Shown here piece by piece: positions 27,435-37,053 of a DNA stretch of 64,000 nucleotides. The position numbers were made by a program, and so were the translations under genes. This DNA comes from Trueperaceae bacterium. Its GTDB lineage: Bacteria > Deinococcota > Deinococci > Deinococcales > Trueperaceae. Location: contig JAXHLW010000013.1 in assembly GCA_034521815.1 (NCBI GenBank), positions 640,001 through 704,000 on the forward strand. Direction: 5' to 3'. A model generated the notes under the pieces. It was not told the DNA's origin. It saw only the letters and a program-made list of their open reading frames with translations, and did not search any database. The first letter of the stretch is position 1; each line of letters begins with the position of its first letter.

Positions 27435-29989
27435 TCGGTTCCTCTCAGGGCCACGACCGGCGGCAGCCGGGCCGCGCGTCGCGCAGGCAGCAGCGACGCC
27501 AACAGGCCGACCGCCGGCGACGCCGCCAGCGCGATGGCGACCAGCGGCCACGGCAGCACGGGATCGATTCGGAAGCCGCTCAGGGCGGCCGCTCCGGCGG
27601 TCACGACGTTCGCCAGCATCAGGCCGAACGCCACGCCCAGCACGCTGCCCAGCATGACGACCACCAGGCCCTCGGCGACGACGACCTTGCGGATCCCGGA
27701 GCGGGTCAGGCCCAGCACCCGCAGCGTGGCCAGCTCGCGTGCACGGGAGGACAGGTTCATGCCCAGCGTGTTCGCGACGCCCAGCGCCGCGATCGCGACC
27801 GCCAGCAGCAGCAGCGTGTTCGTGGTGGTGAACGTTCGGCGGCTCAGCGACACGATCTCGGCACGGTACTCGTCGTTGGGCGTCGCGTCGAGGTAGAGCC
27901 CTGGGAACGTCGCCAGCAGGCGTTCTCGGACCTCGACCACACTGGCCCCTGGATCGACGGTCATCACGAACAGGTCGGGCGTCCCCCCGCCGAAGCGGTC
28001 CAGCATCTCGATCGAGGCCACGAACGTCTCGCCGCCGCCGGTGAAGTCCACGACGACGCCTCCGACCTCGAACGTCTCGAACCCGTCGTTGGTGCGGAGG
28101 GTGACCTCGTCCCCGGCGCCGACGCCGAACCGCTCCTGGATGGTGCTGGCCGCCAGCACGCCATCGTTCGACGTCAACGCCCGGTAGCCCTGACGCGCGT
28201 CGCCCTCGCCCTGCACGTACTGGAACGATCCGAATCCCTCGTCGGGATCGAACCGGCTCGGGTCGACGAGGATCAACGCCACGCTCCGTCCGCGCTCCTC
28301 GCCCTCCGGCTGGAACCGCACGACCCGGATGCCGACGCCCGACACCTGATCGACGCCGGCGGTCTGGGCCGCCCGAACGGCGAAGTCGTCGGGGAACGAC
28401 ACGGGCGAGGTCACGAACAGGTCGCCGACGATCGTGGTGTCCACCCAGCCGCGGATCTCGGCGTTGATGCCGGACACCATCGAGCCGACGCCGACCACCA
28501 GTCCGGTCCCCACCACGACGGTGCCCACGGCCACGCCGTTGCGGCTGGCGCTGTGGTCCGCGAAGGCCGAGCCCAGCCGTCCCGCCGTGCCGAACGCGGC
28601 GCGCAGCAACGGCTCAGCCAGGCGCAGGGTGGGACGCAGCAGGCTCCGCGCCGCCAGCGCGGTCCCCACCGCGAAGGCGGCCATCGCCAGCCCCGCGCCG
28701 GCCAGCGCCCACAGCCCGGGCCAGGGAACGCGCGTGGCGACCACCGCCAGCGCCAGCAGCGCCCAGCCGAGGACGGTCCTGCTGGGTGCGGCCGCGTCGT
28801 CCGCGCTGCGGCGAGCGGCCAGGGGAGAGGCCTGCGACGCGGTCCAGGCCGGAAGCACGCCGGCACCCAGCGCGACCGCGGCGCCGGTGACGGTCGCGGC
28901 CGCCACCGCCCAGGTCGGCAGCACCAGCGTGCGCACCTCGAACCCCAGGCCGAAGGCGTTGATCGAGGTGATCAGCCACGACATGGCGATCCCCAGCACC
29001 ACGCCGAACACGGCGCCGGCCAGCGCCACGAACGCCGCTTCGGCCAGGGCCAGCCGGCGGATGTCCCGGCGGCGGAACGCCACGGTGCGCAACAGCGCGT
29101 ACTCGCGGGTCCGCTCGACCACGCCCGCCATGAAGGTGTTGTACGCCATGAACCCGCCCAGGGCCAGCAGCGTCACCGCCAGCACCAGCAGGCCCGACTG
29201 CAGCGTCTGGACGATCCCGCCGGCCAGCTCGCCGCTGCCGGCCGGGTAGACGACCGCGTAGCTCTCGCTCAGCCGCCCGGTCAGGGCGTCCTCGACGTCG
29301 ACGGTGAGCGCGCCCTCCTCGAGCACGACCTCCATGACCGAGATCCTGCCGGGGAGCCGCACCGCGTCCTGCACCGCGTCGATCGGAGCGATCGCGACCC
29401 GGCCGCCGTTCGTGCTGGCGTACCCCAGCGCGGCGTCCATCAGGCCCACCACGTCGAACGTGACGTCGCCGAACCGGCTCGCGAACGTGAGCGGGTCGCC
29501 CACCTCGATCCCGCGCACCTCGGCGAACGCGTCCGAGAGCGCCAGCGCTCGCTCGCCGGGCTGGGGCCAGCGCCCGGCGGAGAGGCTCGAGGGGAGCAGC
29601 TCCTGGCGCGTCACGTCGCGACCGGACAGCTGAAACCCGCTGTCCACGCCGGGGACGACCGAGCGCTCGAACGCCTCGATGTCGCGCACCGGCTCCAGAC
29701 GGACGTTCAGGACGGGAAGGAACGCAGCGACGTCGGGCGTGTCGCGGATCAGGTCCAGCAGCGGCTCGGCCTCCATCACCGCCCGGCCGGCCGCACCCGG
29801 CGTGACGACCAGCGCCGCCGGGCCGGCCGCCGCCTCGAGGTCCGCTTGCAGGTTGGCGCGGACGTTCGCGCCGACCGACAGCGTCGCCAGCACCGCGGCG
29901 ATCCCCAGCGCCACGCCGAGGACCGTCGCGGAGGTGCGCCACGGGTGGCGGAACAGGTTGCGTGCTGCGAGGCGGATCAGGATCGGCAT
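27431..29989 (-). CDS. FtsX/MacB-type ABC permease (duplicated, about 850 aa)
   Basis: RLAARNLFRHPWRT, ERTREYALLR, RARELATLRVLG, PARRAARLPPVVAL; SD AGGAG. Confidence 0.92.
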   Translation of the reverse strand: MPILIRLAARNLFRHPWRTSATVLGVALGIAAVLATLSVGANVRANLQADLEAAAGPAALVVTPGAAGRAVMEAEPLLDLIRDTPDVAAFLPVLNVRLEPVRDIEAFERSVVPGVDSGFQLSGRDVTRQELLPSSLSAGRWPQPGERALALSDAFAEVRGIEVGDPLTFASRFGDVTFDVVGLMDAALGYASTNGGRVAIAPIDAVQDAVRLPGRISVMEVVLEEGALTVDVEDALTGRLSESYAVVYPAGSGELAGGIVQTLQSGLLVLAVTLLALGGFMAYNTFMAGVVERTREYALLRTVAFRRRDIRRLALAEAAFVALAGAVFGVVLGIAMSWLITSINAFGLGFEVRTLVLPTWAVAAATVTGAAVALGAGVLPAWTASQASPLAARRSADDAAAPSRTVLGWALLALAVVATRVPWPGLWALAGAGLAMAAFAVGTALAARSLLRPTLRLAEPLLRAAFGTAGRLGSAFADHSASRNGVAVGTVVVGTGLVVGVGSMVSGINAEIRGWVDTTIVGDLFVTSPVSFPDDFAVRAAQTAGVDQVSGVGIRVVRFQPEGEERGRSVALILVDPSRFDPDEGFGSFQYVQGEGDARQGYRALTSNDGVLAASTIQERFGVGAGDEVTLRTNDGFETFEVGGVVVDFTGGGETFVASIEMLDRFGGGTPDLFVMTVDPGASVVEVRERLLATFPGLYLDATPNDEYRAEIVSLSRRTFTTTNTLLLLAVAIAALGVANTLGMNLSSRARELATLRVLGLTRSGIRKVVVAEGLVVVMLGSVLGVAFGLMLANVVTAGAAALSGFRIDPVLPWPLVAIALAASPAVGLLASLLPARRAARLPPVVALRGTE

Positions 29990-30032
29990 CGGCGGATCTC
30001 CTGGCGGCAAGACGTCGCGGAGGCAGTCTACC
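29981..30032 (-). promoter_or_regulatory. Promoter/5' leader of the FtsX ABC operon; near copy of 32458-32522
   Basis: Minus strand GGTAGACTGCC...CCGCGACG...GCCGCCAGGAGATCCGCCGATGCCGA. Confidence 0.7.
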
Positions 30033-30101
30033 TGCGGAGGGCCAGAGGCCACGCAGCGAAGCCGGCGTGGGGCGCCCAGGCTGCGTTGGTACGATAGCGT
30101 C

Positions 30102-31349
30102 ATCGCCCGCCCACGTACGATCGCCCTCGCCACCATCGAGTACCCGCCCGATCCTCTCAGCGCCGGCATCGGATCGTACGTTCGTACCCTCGCCCGCTTC
30201 CTGCGCGACGCCGGCCACCAGGTGCACGTGGTCGCACGCGCGTACGCGCCGGCGCGCGAGGAGGAGGACGAGCAGGGAATCACCGTGCACCGGGTCGGTC
30301 CGGTGCGGCCCGACCTGCCTGCCGGGTTCGAGGGCGTCCGCACGATCTCGTTCGCGCTTCGCGCCGCGATGGGGGAGTGGCGCTACCGGCGCGACGTCGC
30401 GCGCACGCTGGAGCGCCTGGTCGATCACGAGGGGGTCGAGCTCATCGAGGCGGCGGATCATCTCGCCGAGCCGATCTTCTATCGTTCGACGCGAAGGCCC
30501 CAGGTGCCGTTCGTGGTGCGACTGCACACGCCGCTGGCCTTCACCGAGATGCTCGATCCGCACCTTCCGGGGTACGCCCGCCGTGTCGTGGGCGCGATCG
30601 AGCGCGCGTTCATCGTTCGGGCCAGCCACGTCTCGGCCCCGACCCGGACGGCGGCGACGGCGATCCGGGGCGTCATGCGGCTCGACAACGTGCCGGTCCA
30701 CGTGCACGCCAACCCGGTGCGATTTCCCGAGCGACGTCCCGAGCCGTCCACGGAGCCGGGCGACGACGCGCCCGAGCGACCGACGGTGCTCTTCGTCGGA
30801 CGCGTCTGCCGATTGAAGGGCGTGCACCTGTTGGCGCGTGCCTTGCCTGACATCGTCGAACGCGTCCCCGACGTGAGGTTCGATCTGGTCGGCTCGGACC
30901 ACGTGCCGATGGACGGCCATCCCGATACCCGGAGCTGGCTGCTGGCCCGCCTCCCGGAGAGGTACCACGATCACCTTCGGTTCCACGGCCACGTGCCCCC
31001 AGGGGAGCTCGGCGCGATCTACCGAGGGGCGACCGTGTGCGCGTTCCCCTCGCTGTTCGAGAGCTTCTCGTACGTCTGCCTCGAAGCGATGATCCACGGC
31101 AAGCCGGTGGTCGGAAGCTCGCGGGGCGGCATGGCCGAGCTTCTGGACGGCGGTCGCGCAGGCGTGCTGGTCGACCCTACCGAGGTGGACGCCCTGGCCG
31201 AGGCGATCTCCGGTCTGCTGCTCGATCCCGAGCGGCGCCGCACGCTGGGCGATCGCGCGCGGCGCAGGGCGCTGGAGAGCTACGGCCCAGACCGCGTGCT
31301 TCGCGACATCGAGGCGTTCTACGAGCGCGCGATCGACGAGCTCGCCTGA
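30102..31349 (+). CDS. Glycosyltransferase family 4 (GT-B); start codon non-canonical or uncertain
   Basis: EYPP...GIGSY, GHQVHV, LFVGRVCRLKG, PSLFESFSYVCLEAMIHGKPVV. Confidence 0.9.
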   Translation: MARPRTIALATIEYPPDPLSAGIGSYVRTLARFLRDAGHQVHVVARAYAPAREEEDEQGITVHRVGPVRPDLPAGFEGVRTISFALRAAMGEWRYRRDVARTLERLVDHEGVELIEAADHLAEPIFYRSTRRPQVPFVVRLHTPLAFTEMLDPHLPGYARRVVGAIERAFIVRASHVSAPTRTAATAIRGVMRLDNVPVHVHANPVRFPERRPEPSTEPGDDAPERPTVLFVGRVCRLKGVHLLARALPDIVERVPDVRFDLVGSDHVPMDGHPDTRSWLLARLPERYHDHLRFHGHVPPGELGAIYRGATVCAFPSLFESFSYVCLEAMIHGKPVVGSSRGGMAELLDGGRAGVLVDPTEVDALAEAISGLLLDPERRRTLGDRARRRALESYGPDRVLRDIEAFYERAIDELA

Positions 31350-31374
31350 CCCTCGTCTGGGCGCCCCTTGGTGC

Positions 31375-32466
31375 TCAGCTTTCGCCGTCGTCGGAGCGGC
31401 GGCCTCCGCGCTCGCCTCCACGCTCGCCGGCCGATCCCGACGCGGCGGTCTCGGCGTCGGCCGGCGCCGCCGCCGTGCGGACGACGAGATAGCCGCCCAG
31501 CATCGGACCGATCAGGTAGAGCGAGTAGTGGCTCACGGCTCGCCAGACCACGACCGCGGCCGCGACGCCGCTCCGCCCGGATTGGCTCAGCAGAGCCAGC
31601 GAGGCGCCGAACTCGAAGAACCCGCTTCCGCCGGGCGTCGGGAACAGCGAGCCCACACCCGCGACGATCGACATCGCCGCGACGACGGGCAGGGGCTGGG
31701 CCTCCACGCCGAAACCGCGAGCGCTGGCCCAGAGCACCAGGAAGAAGGTCGACCAGGAGCCGGCGACGAGCAGGTGAAACAGCCCGTGCCAGCGCCACGA
31801 GGCGCGTTGGAGCCGCTCGTTGGCCGCCACCAGCTCGTGGATGAACCGGTCCGCCTGCGGCCTGAAGCGCGCGAGACGACCACGGAGCACGACGCCGGCG
31901 ATCGGCGCGAGCCAGGCCAATCGGAACGCGAGCAGGTACGCGACCACCAGCGCCACGGCGGCGACGCCGACGATCAGGCCCTGCAGCCCGGGCGCATCGT
32001 CCAGGGCGCCCGTCGTCGTTCTCAACACGACCAGCGCGACCGGCAGCGACCAGCCGTAGAACACGGTATCGGCCGTCGTCGCCGCCACCGCCACGGACCA
32101 CGCCGCGCCGTGGGGGATCCCCTGGCGCTGCAGCACCAGCGCTACCGCCGGCATGCCGCCGCTTCCGCCCGGCGTGACGGTGCTGGCGAACAGGCCCAGC
32201 ACGTGCGCGCGCACGGCGTGACGGAGGTGGATGCGCTCCCCCGACCTCCGTACCAGCATCGCGAGTCTCGCACCCGCGAACAGGAACGACGCCAGGAAGA
32301 AGCCGATGGCCAGCGCCAGCCAGGCGGGCCGAATCGCCCGAACGGCGCGCAGCTCGTCGGGACCGAGCCACCACACGACCAGAGCGAGGGCGCCTGCGCC
32401 CAGAAGGAGCGAGAGCACCAGAGCGCGCAGCAAGCTGCGGGATGCGAGAGGGTTCAGGGTCGGCAT
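31375..32466 (-). CDS. Lysylphosphatidylglycerol-synthase TM domain (UPF0104/flippase-like) protein
   Basis: Multiple TMs; FASTVTPGGSGG, PTPGGSGFFE, WRAVSHY. Confidence 0.88.
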   Translation of the reverse strand: MPTLNPLASRSLLRALVLSLLLGAGALALVVWWLGPDELRAVRAIRPAWLALAIGFFLASFLFAGARLAMLVRRSGERIHLRHAVRAHVLGLFASTVTPGGSGGMPAVALVLQRQGIPHGAAWSVAVAATTADTVFYGWSLPVALVVLRTTTGALDDAPGLQGLIVGVAAVALVVAYLLAFRLAWLAPIAGVVLRGRLARFRPQADRFIHELVAANERLQRASWRWHGLFHLLVAGSWSTFFLVLWASARGFGVEAQPLPVVAAMSIVAGVGSLFPTPGGSGFFEFGASLALLSQSGRSGVAAAVVVWRAVSHYSLYLIGPMLGGYLVVRTAAAPADAETAASGSAGERGGERGGRRSDDGES

Positions 32467-32522
32467 CAGCGGATCTCCAGGCGGCGTGGCGTCGCGGCGT
32501 GGCGTCGAAGCGGCAGTCTACC
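32458..32522 (-). promoter_or_regulatory. Promoter/5' leader of the flippase gene; near copy of 29981-30032
   Basis: Minus strand GGTAGACTGCC...CCGCGACG...GCCGCCTGGAGATCCGCTGATGCCGA. Confidence 0.7.
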
Positions 32523-32558
32523 CGGCCGGGTCGCGCCGCCGAGGCGCCAGACGCGCGG

Positions 32559-34757
32559 TCAGCCGTGCTGAAGCCCGATCCGGTCGATCAGCCTCCCGAG
32601 CCAACGCGGAATGCGCCAGTTCCAGTCGCCCAGCAGCACCACCGTCGACGGCACCAGCACCGAGCGCACCAGCGTCGCATCGAGCAGCACGGCCACCGTC
32701 AGCCCCAACGCCAGCGTCTTGATCAACACCACGCTGCTGAACAGGAAGACCGAAAACACCACGACCATGATCAACGCGGCCGAGGTGATCACGCCCCCGG
32801 TGGACGCCAGCGCGTCCCCCACCGCCTCCCGGTCGGATCGCCCCAGGCGGTGGCTCTCGGCCACCCGCGAGATCAGGAACACCTCGTAGTCCATCGACAA
32901 GCCGAACACGACGGCGAAGATGAAGATCGGGACGCTGGTCTCGACGAAGCCCAGTCCCCCTGGCACGCCGAACAGGCCGCCCGCCCAGCCGTGCTGGAAC
33001 ACGAGCGTGATCACGCCGAACGCCGAGCCGACCGTGAGCGTGTTCAACACCAGCGACTTCAGCGGAATCGCCAACGACCGGAAGGCCAGACCGAGCAGGA
33101 CGAACGTCGAGACGAACACCAGCGCCATCGCCCACGGAAAGTTCCCGTACAACGTTCGCGTCCACTCCTGCCCGCCGACGCGCGCGCCGCCCACCACCGC
33201 CACCAGGCCCGCCTCCTGCGCCATCTGCTCCAGGGTCCGGCCCAACGAGCTCGACACCTCGGCGCCGGTCGGGAACGCCCGAATCAGGGCGTAGCGCCCA
33301 GCGGTCGAGACGGTGGCGCGCGCGACGTCGGCCAGCGGGCTCTCCATCGCGAGCTCGCGCGTGGCGTAGTACTGCTGGACGAACAGGCCGGGCAGCGTCC
33401 CGGCGGTGGTGGGCGCCAGCACGCGGTCCACGTCGTCCAGAGTCCGGATCTCGCGAGCGAAGCCGGACACCGCGCGAACCGAGCTGGGGTGGAAGAACCC
33501 GCGCTCGCCGAAGTCGAGCAGCACGTTGTACGGCTCGAGCAGCCCTGCCAAGCCCGCGTCGACCAGCAGCCGTTGCGCACGGCTGGTGTCGCTCGTGCCG
33601 GTGATCCCCTCCACGCCGGAGAAGCCGAACCGCATGGTCAGCGTCGCGGAGCTGATCAGCAGCAGGAACGTCGTGCCCGTGATCGTCCACAAGCGAGGTC
33701 GAGCGAGGACCCGCTCCGACCACGATCGCCAGAAGGTCGTGCTACGCGTCCCTGGAGCGCGGCGTCCGATCCGGCCGGCGTCGACGTTGGCGCCCAGGAG
33801 CACCAGCATCGCCGGAACCGCGGTCACGGCGACGGCCATGCCGACGGCGAGCACGATCATCGACGCGGCCCCCATCGTGCGCACGAAGCCCAAGGGCGGG
33901 ACCAGCAGGGCGGAGAGGGCCAGCAGGACCGTGCTACCGCTGAACAGCACCGACGCGCCTGCGGTCCTCAACGTGACGCGCAGCGCGGTCTCGGTGTCGG
34001 GGTCGTTGCGAAGCTCCTCGCGATAGCGATTGACGAGCAGCAGCGCGTAGTCGATGCCGATCGCGAGCCCCAGCATCGTGACGATGATCTGTGCGAACGC
34101 GGCGATCTGGACCAGCTGACCCAGCACGAACAGCAGGGCGAACGACACCGTGATCGACGTGACCGCCGCGATCAGCGGAAGCGACGCCGCCACCCAGGAG
34201 CCGAACACCACGACCAGGACCGCCAGGCTCAACGGCAACCCGATCAGCTCGGCACGGAACGCGTCGCGCTCGCTGGTGCGCTTGAGGTCCAGATCGACGA
34301 CCGACGCGCCGGTGACGTAGATGGGATCTCCGCTACGGTCCGCGACGGCGGCACGGACGGCGTCCACCGCGCTCGCGACCTGCCCGTCGTCGCCGTCGCG
34401 CACCTCGACGAGCGCGACGGACAGCTGCATGGCCAGCTCCTGCAGCAGCGGGTCGTTGCGGCCGTCCCGTACCGCGACGACCTGATCGAGGTCGGCGACG
34501 CGGTCCACGACGCCGCGGAACGCCGACGTCGGTGCCTCGGACACCAGAAGCAGCTCGGGCCGATCGTGGCTCGCGAACGCGTCGCCCAGCACCCGATCGA
34601 CGTGCTCGGCCGCGCCGCCCGGCGCGAACCCCGCGTCGGTGCTCAGCACGCTCGACAGCCTCGCGGCCGTCGGGGCGCCGACGGCAAGGATCAGCGTCCA
34701 CACCAGCAGGACGGCGCGAGGTCGGGCGAGGAGGAGGGAGGCGAGGCGATCGATCAT
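32559..34757 (-). CDS. MMPL family (RND) transporter
   Basis: GLAIGIDYALLLVNRYREEL, FGLSMDYEVFLISRVAE, LDATLVRSVLVP. Confidence 0.93.
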   Translation of the reverse strand: MIDRLASLLLARPRAVLLVWTLILAVGAPTAARLSSVLSTDAGFAPGGAAEHVDRVLGDAFASHDRPELLLVSEAPTSAFRGVVDRVADLDQVVAVRDGRNDPLLQELAMQLSVALVEVRDGDDGQVASAVDAVRAAVADRSGDPIYVTGASVVDLDLKRTSERDAFRAELIGLPLSLAVLVVVFGSWVAASLPLIAAVTSITVSFALLFVLGQLVQIAAFAQIIVTMLGLAIGIDYALLLVNRYREELRNDPDTETALRVTLRTAGASVLFSGSTVLLALSALLVPPLGFVRTMGAASMIVLAVGMAVAVTAVPAMLVLLGANVDAGRIGRRAPGTRSTTFWRSWSERVLARPRLWTITGTTFLLLISSATLTMRFGFSGVEGITGTSDTSRAQRLLVDAGLAGLLEPYNVLLDFGERGFFHPSSVRAVSGFAREIRTLDDVDRVLAPTTAGTLPGLFVQQYYATRELAMESPLADVARATVSTAGRYALIRAFPTGAEVSSSLGRTLEQMAQEAGLVAVVGGARVGGQEWTRTLYGNFPWAMALVFVSTFVLLGLAFRSLAIPLKSLVLNTLTVGSAFGVITLVFQHGWAGGLFGVPGGLGFVETSVPIFIFAVVFGLSMDYEVFLISRVAESHRLGRSDREAVGDALASTGGVITSAALIMVVVFSVFLFSSVVLIKTLALGLTVAVLLDATLVRSVLVPSTVVLLGDWNWRIPRWLGRLIDRIGLQHG

Positions 34758-34861
34758 GGCGGTAGCAACGTCAGTCCTCGGAGCGTACCAGAGGCGACGC
34801 TCTGCCGCGCTCGCACGAAACGCCGAGGCGCCGGAGCGCCATCACCACCGGAGCGCCATCG

Positions 34862-36034
34862 TCACCGCGGGGTCGCGGTCCGCGGCGACCACGGATCGAC
34901 GTCCAAGCCCAACGGTGCCGCCTGCGCCGTTCCGTCCGCGAGGGTCGTGAGGTGGACGCCCAGCCGCTCCGACATCCGCTGGAAGGCGGCCCTGACCGAG
35001 CCAGGCACGCCGGACGTGAACGAGGCCCCGAGCACGGCCGCCAGATCGTCCGGGTGCGGCAGGTAGCGACCCGTTCCGGACGCTTCGAGATAGGCGATGA
35101 CCGCGCGCTCGTTCAGGCCCGCGTACGAGGTCGCCACGAACGGTCGCCCGGCCGCCACCGCCTCGAGCGCCGAAGCGGGGCCCGCCTTGCCCACCACGAC
35201 GTCCACCGCCGCGAGCCGCAACGGCATGTCGTCCACGAAGCCGTGGACCGACACCGAGACGCCGGCACCGGGGTGGCCCGACAGTCGTTCACGGAGCGCC
35301 TCGTTACGTCCGGCCACGACCATCACCTGCCAGCCCGCCGCGACGAGCGCCTCGATCCACGCCTCGGGCCGGTCGGCGACCCCTTCGCCGCCCAGGCTGA
35401 GCAACGCCCAGCGTCCCGTGGTCAGGCCCAGTCGGCGACGCGCTTCCTCCTGGGGACGGGGGGTGAGGATCGCACCGGCCACCGGGTAGCCCATCAGGTC
35501 GATCCGCTCGGCGGGGACGCCCAGGCGGATCAGGTGCGTCCGGGCCGCAAGCGAAGGCGCCACGACCCGGTCCGGATCGGGCTCGGCCCAGAGCGCGTTG
35601 GCGTCGAACGGCTCGGTCGCGAAGGTGACGACGGTCCGACGCAAGCCGTAGCGCTGCCGAGCGCGGGCGTACGCCACCATCAGGAAGCCGTGGTTCACGA
35701 CGACGAGGTCCACGGGGCGCGCGTTCAGGTCGGCCGCCGCGCGGCGAGCCAGCTCGTCCAGCCAGCGAGCTTCCGCCGCATGGACCAGGGAGGGCGCCAT
35801 CTCCATCGCACGCTGCCCCGCACGCACCAGCCAGGGCACCCGCAACAGGCGCGACCACGTCCGCTTGTGCCGTCGGTCCTGGGCTCCTAGGTCCAGGGCC
35901 GCCATGGCGTCGCGGACCTCGCCTCGGACACGTCCTCGCGACACGCGCTCGACGGCGTCTCGCATGGCGCGCGCGGTGGCGACGTGCCCGCCGCCTGCGG
36001 CGATGGTGTCGAACAGGATGGTGCGGGACGTCAT
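34862..36034 (-). CDS. MGDG-synthase/UgtP-like (GT28) glycosyltransferase, divergent; candidate ceramide glycosyltransferase
   Basis: GGGHVATA, GRNEALR, GFVDDM, DVVVGKAGPAS; ATGA-coupled to the SDR gene. Confidence 0.85.
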   Translation of the reverse strand: MTSRTILFDTIAAGGGHVATARAMRDAVERVSRGRVRGEVRDAMAALDLGAQDRRHKRTWSRLLRVPWLVRAGQRAMEMAPSLVHAAEARWLDELARRAAADLNARPVDLVVVNHGFLMVAYARARQRYGLRRTVVTFATEPFDANALWAEPDPDRVVAPSLAARTHLIRLGVPAERIDLMGYPVAGAILTPRPQEEARRRLGLTTGRWALLSLGGEGVADRPEAWIEALVAAGWQVMVVAGRNEALRERLSGHPGAGVSVSVHGFVDDMPLRLAAVDVVVGKAGPASALEAVAAGRPFVATSYAGLNERAVIAYLEASGTGRYLPHPDDLAAVLGASFTSGVPGSVRAAFQRMSERLGVHLTTLADGTAQAAPLGLDVDPWSPRTATPR

Positions 36035-37053
36035 CGCGGCGACGCTCCCGCCGTCCCGAGCGGAGGCGCGCCTGTGCCGTCCAGGTCGCGCAGCGCTGCC
36101 TCGAGGGCGGCGCGACGCGTCCGCGTCGGACGGACGCCCAGCTCGCCGTAGGCGGCAGAGGCGTCCAGCACCACGTCGCTCCGCATCAGGCCGGCCCGGT
36201 AGCGGGTCAAGGGAGGCTCGCCGCGCAGCCGCAGCGAGGCCCAGGCCGACTCGAATGCCGGGGCGACCGCTTCGAGCGGCCCGCCCGGCAGCGCCAGGCG
36301 AGGCGGGGAGGCTCCCAGTAGCTCGGCGATCTCGCCGAACAGCTCGCGCCAGGTCGGTGCGCCAGGATCGGCCACCAGGTAGCTGCGACCGATCGCGACC
36401 GGGTCACGGGCGCAAACGACCAGCGCCGTCGCCAGCAACGCGGCGTCCACCGTCTGCAGCCGCGCCCGGCCCCCGTCCACGAGGGGCAGAACGCCCCGCC
36501 TGAGCGCCGTGGCCACGCGGGCGAGGTTCGGATCCCGCGTCCCGTACGGCCACAGCGCGGGCCGGACGACGACCGGCTCGGGGGCCGCGGCGCGCACCAC
36601 GTCCTCGGCCAGCGCCTTCGAGCGGCCGTAAGGGAGCACGTGCTGGTCGCGCGGCCGGGTGCGGGGGTCGTCGCCCGAGATGCCGCGGTAGCGCCAGACG
36701 GCGACGCTCGAGACCAGCACGACCCTGGCGACGCCGCTGCGCACGGCGGCTCGGGCCACGTTCGCGGTGCCTTGGACGTTCACGCGGTGGAACGCACGCC
36801 ACGGCCCGTGGTCGGCGACCCGGGCAGCGGCGTGGACGACCGCGTCGACGCCGTCGAACACGCCGTTCAGCGAGGCGGGGTCGGTGACGTCGGCGCGGAG
36901 CAGGCGGACCGCCGGGTCGTGCGCGTGCGCCGCGAGGCGGTCCGTTCGGCCCCACGGCGAGACCACGGCGACGACGTCCGCGCCGTCCAGCCTCGCGGCG
37001 TCGACGACGTGCGAGCCCAAGAAGCCGTGCGCGCCCGTGACCGCCAGCTTCAC
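36031..37053 (-). CDS. NAD-dependent epimerase/dehydratase (extended SDR, 3-beta-HSD-like); candidate ceramide reductase
   Basis: VTGAHGFLG, HAAA, NVQGT, VSS, YGRSK catalytic motif; GTGA overlap with the Abi gene. Confidence 0.9.
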   Translation of the reverse strand: MKLAVTGAHGFLGSHVVDAARLDGADVVAVVSPWGRTDRLAAHAHDPAVRLLRADVTDPASLNGVFDGVDAVVHAAARVADHGPWRAFHRVNVQGTANVARAAVRSGVARVVLVSSVAVWRYRGISGDDPRTRPRDQHVLPYGRSKALAEDVVRAAAPEPVVVRPALWPYGTRDPNLARVATALRRGVLPLVDGGRARLQTVDAALLATALVVCARDPVAIGRSYLVADPGAPTWRELFGEIAELLGASPPRLALPGGPLEAVAPAFESAWASLRLRGEPPLTRYRAGLMRSDVVLDASAAYGELGVRPTRTRRAALEAALRDLDGTGAPPLGTAGASPR

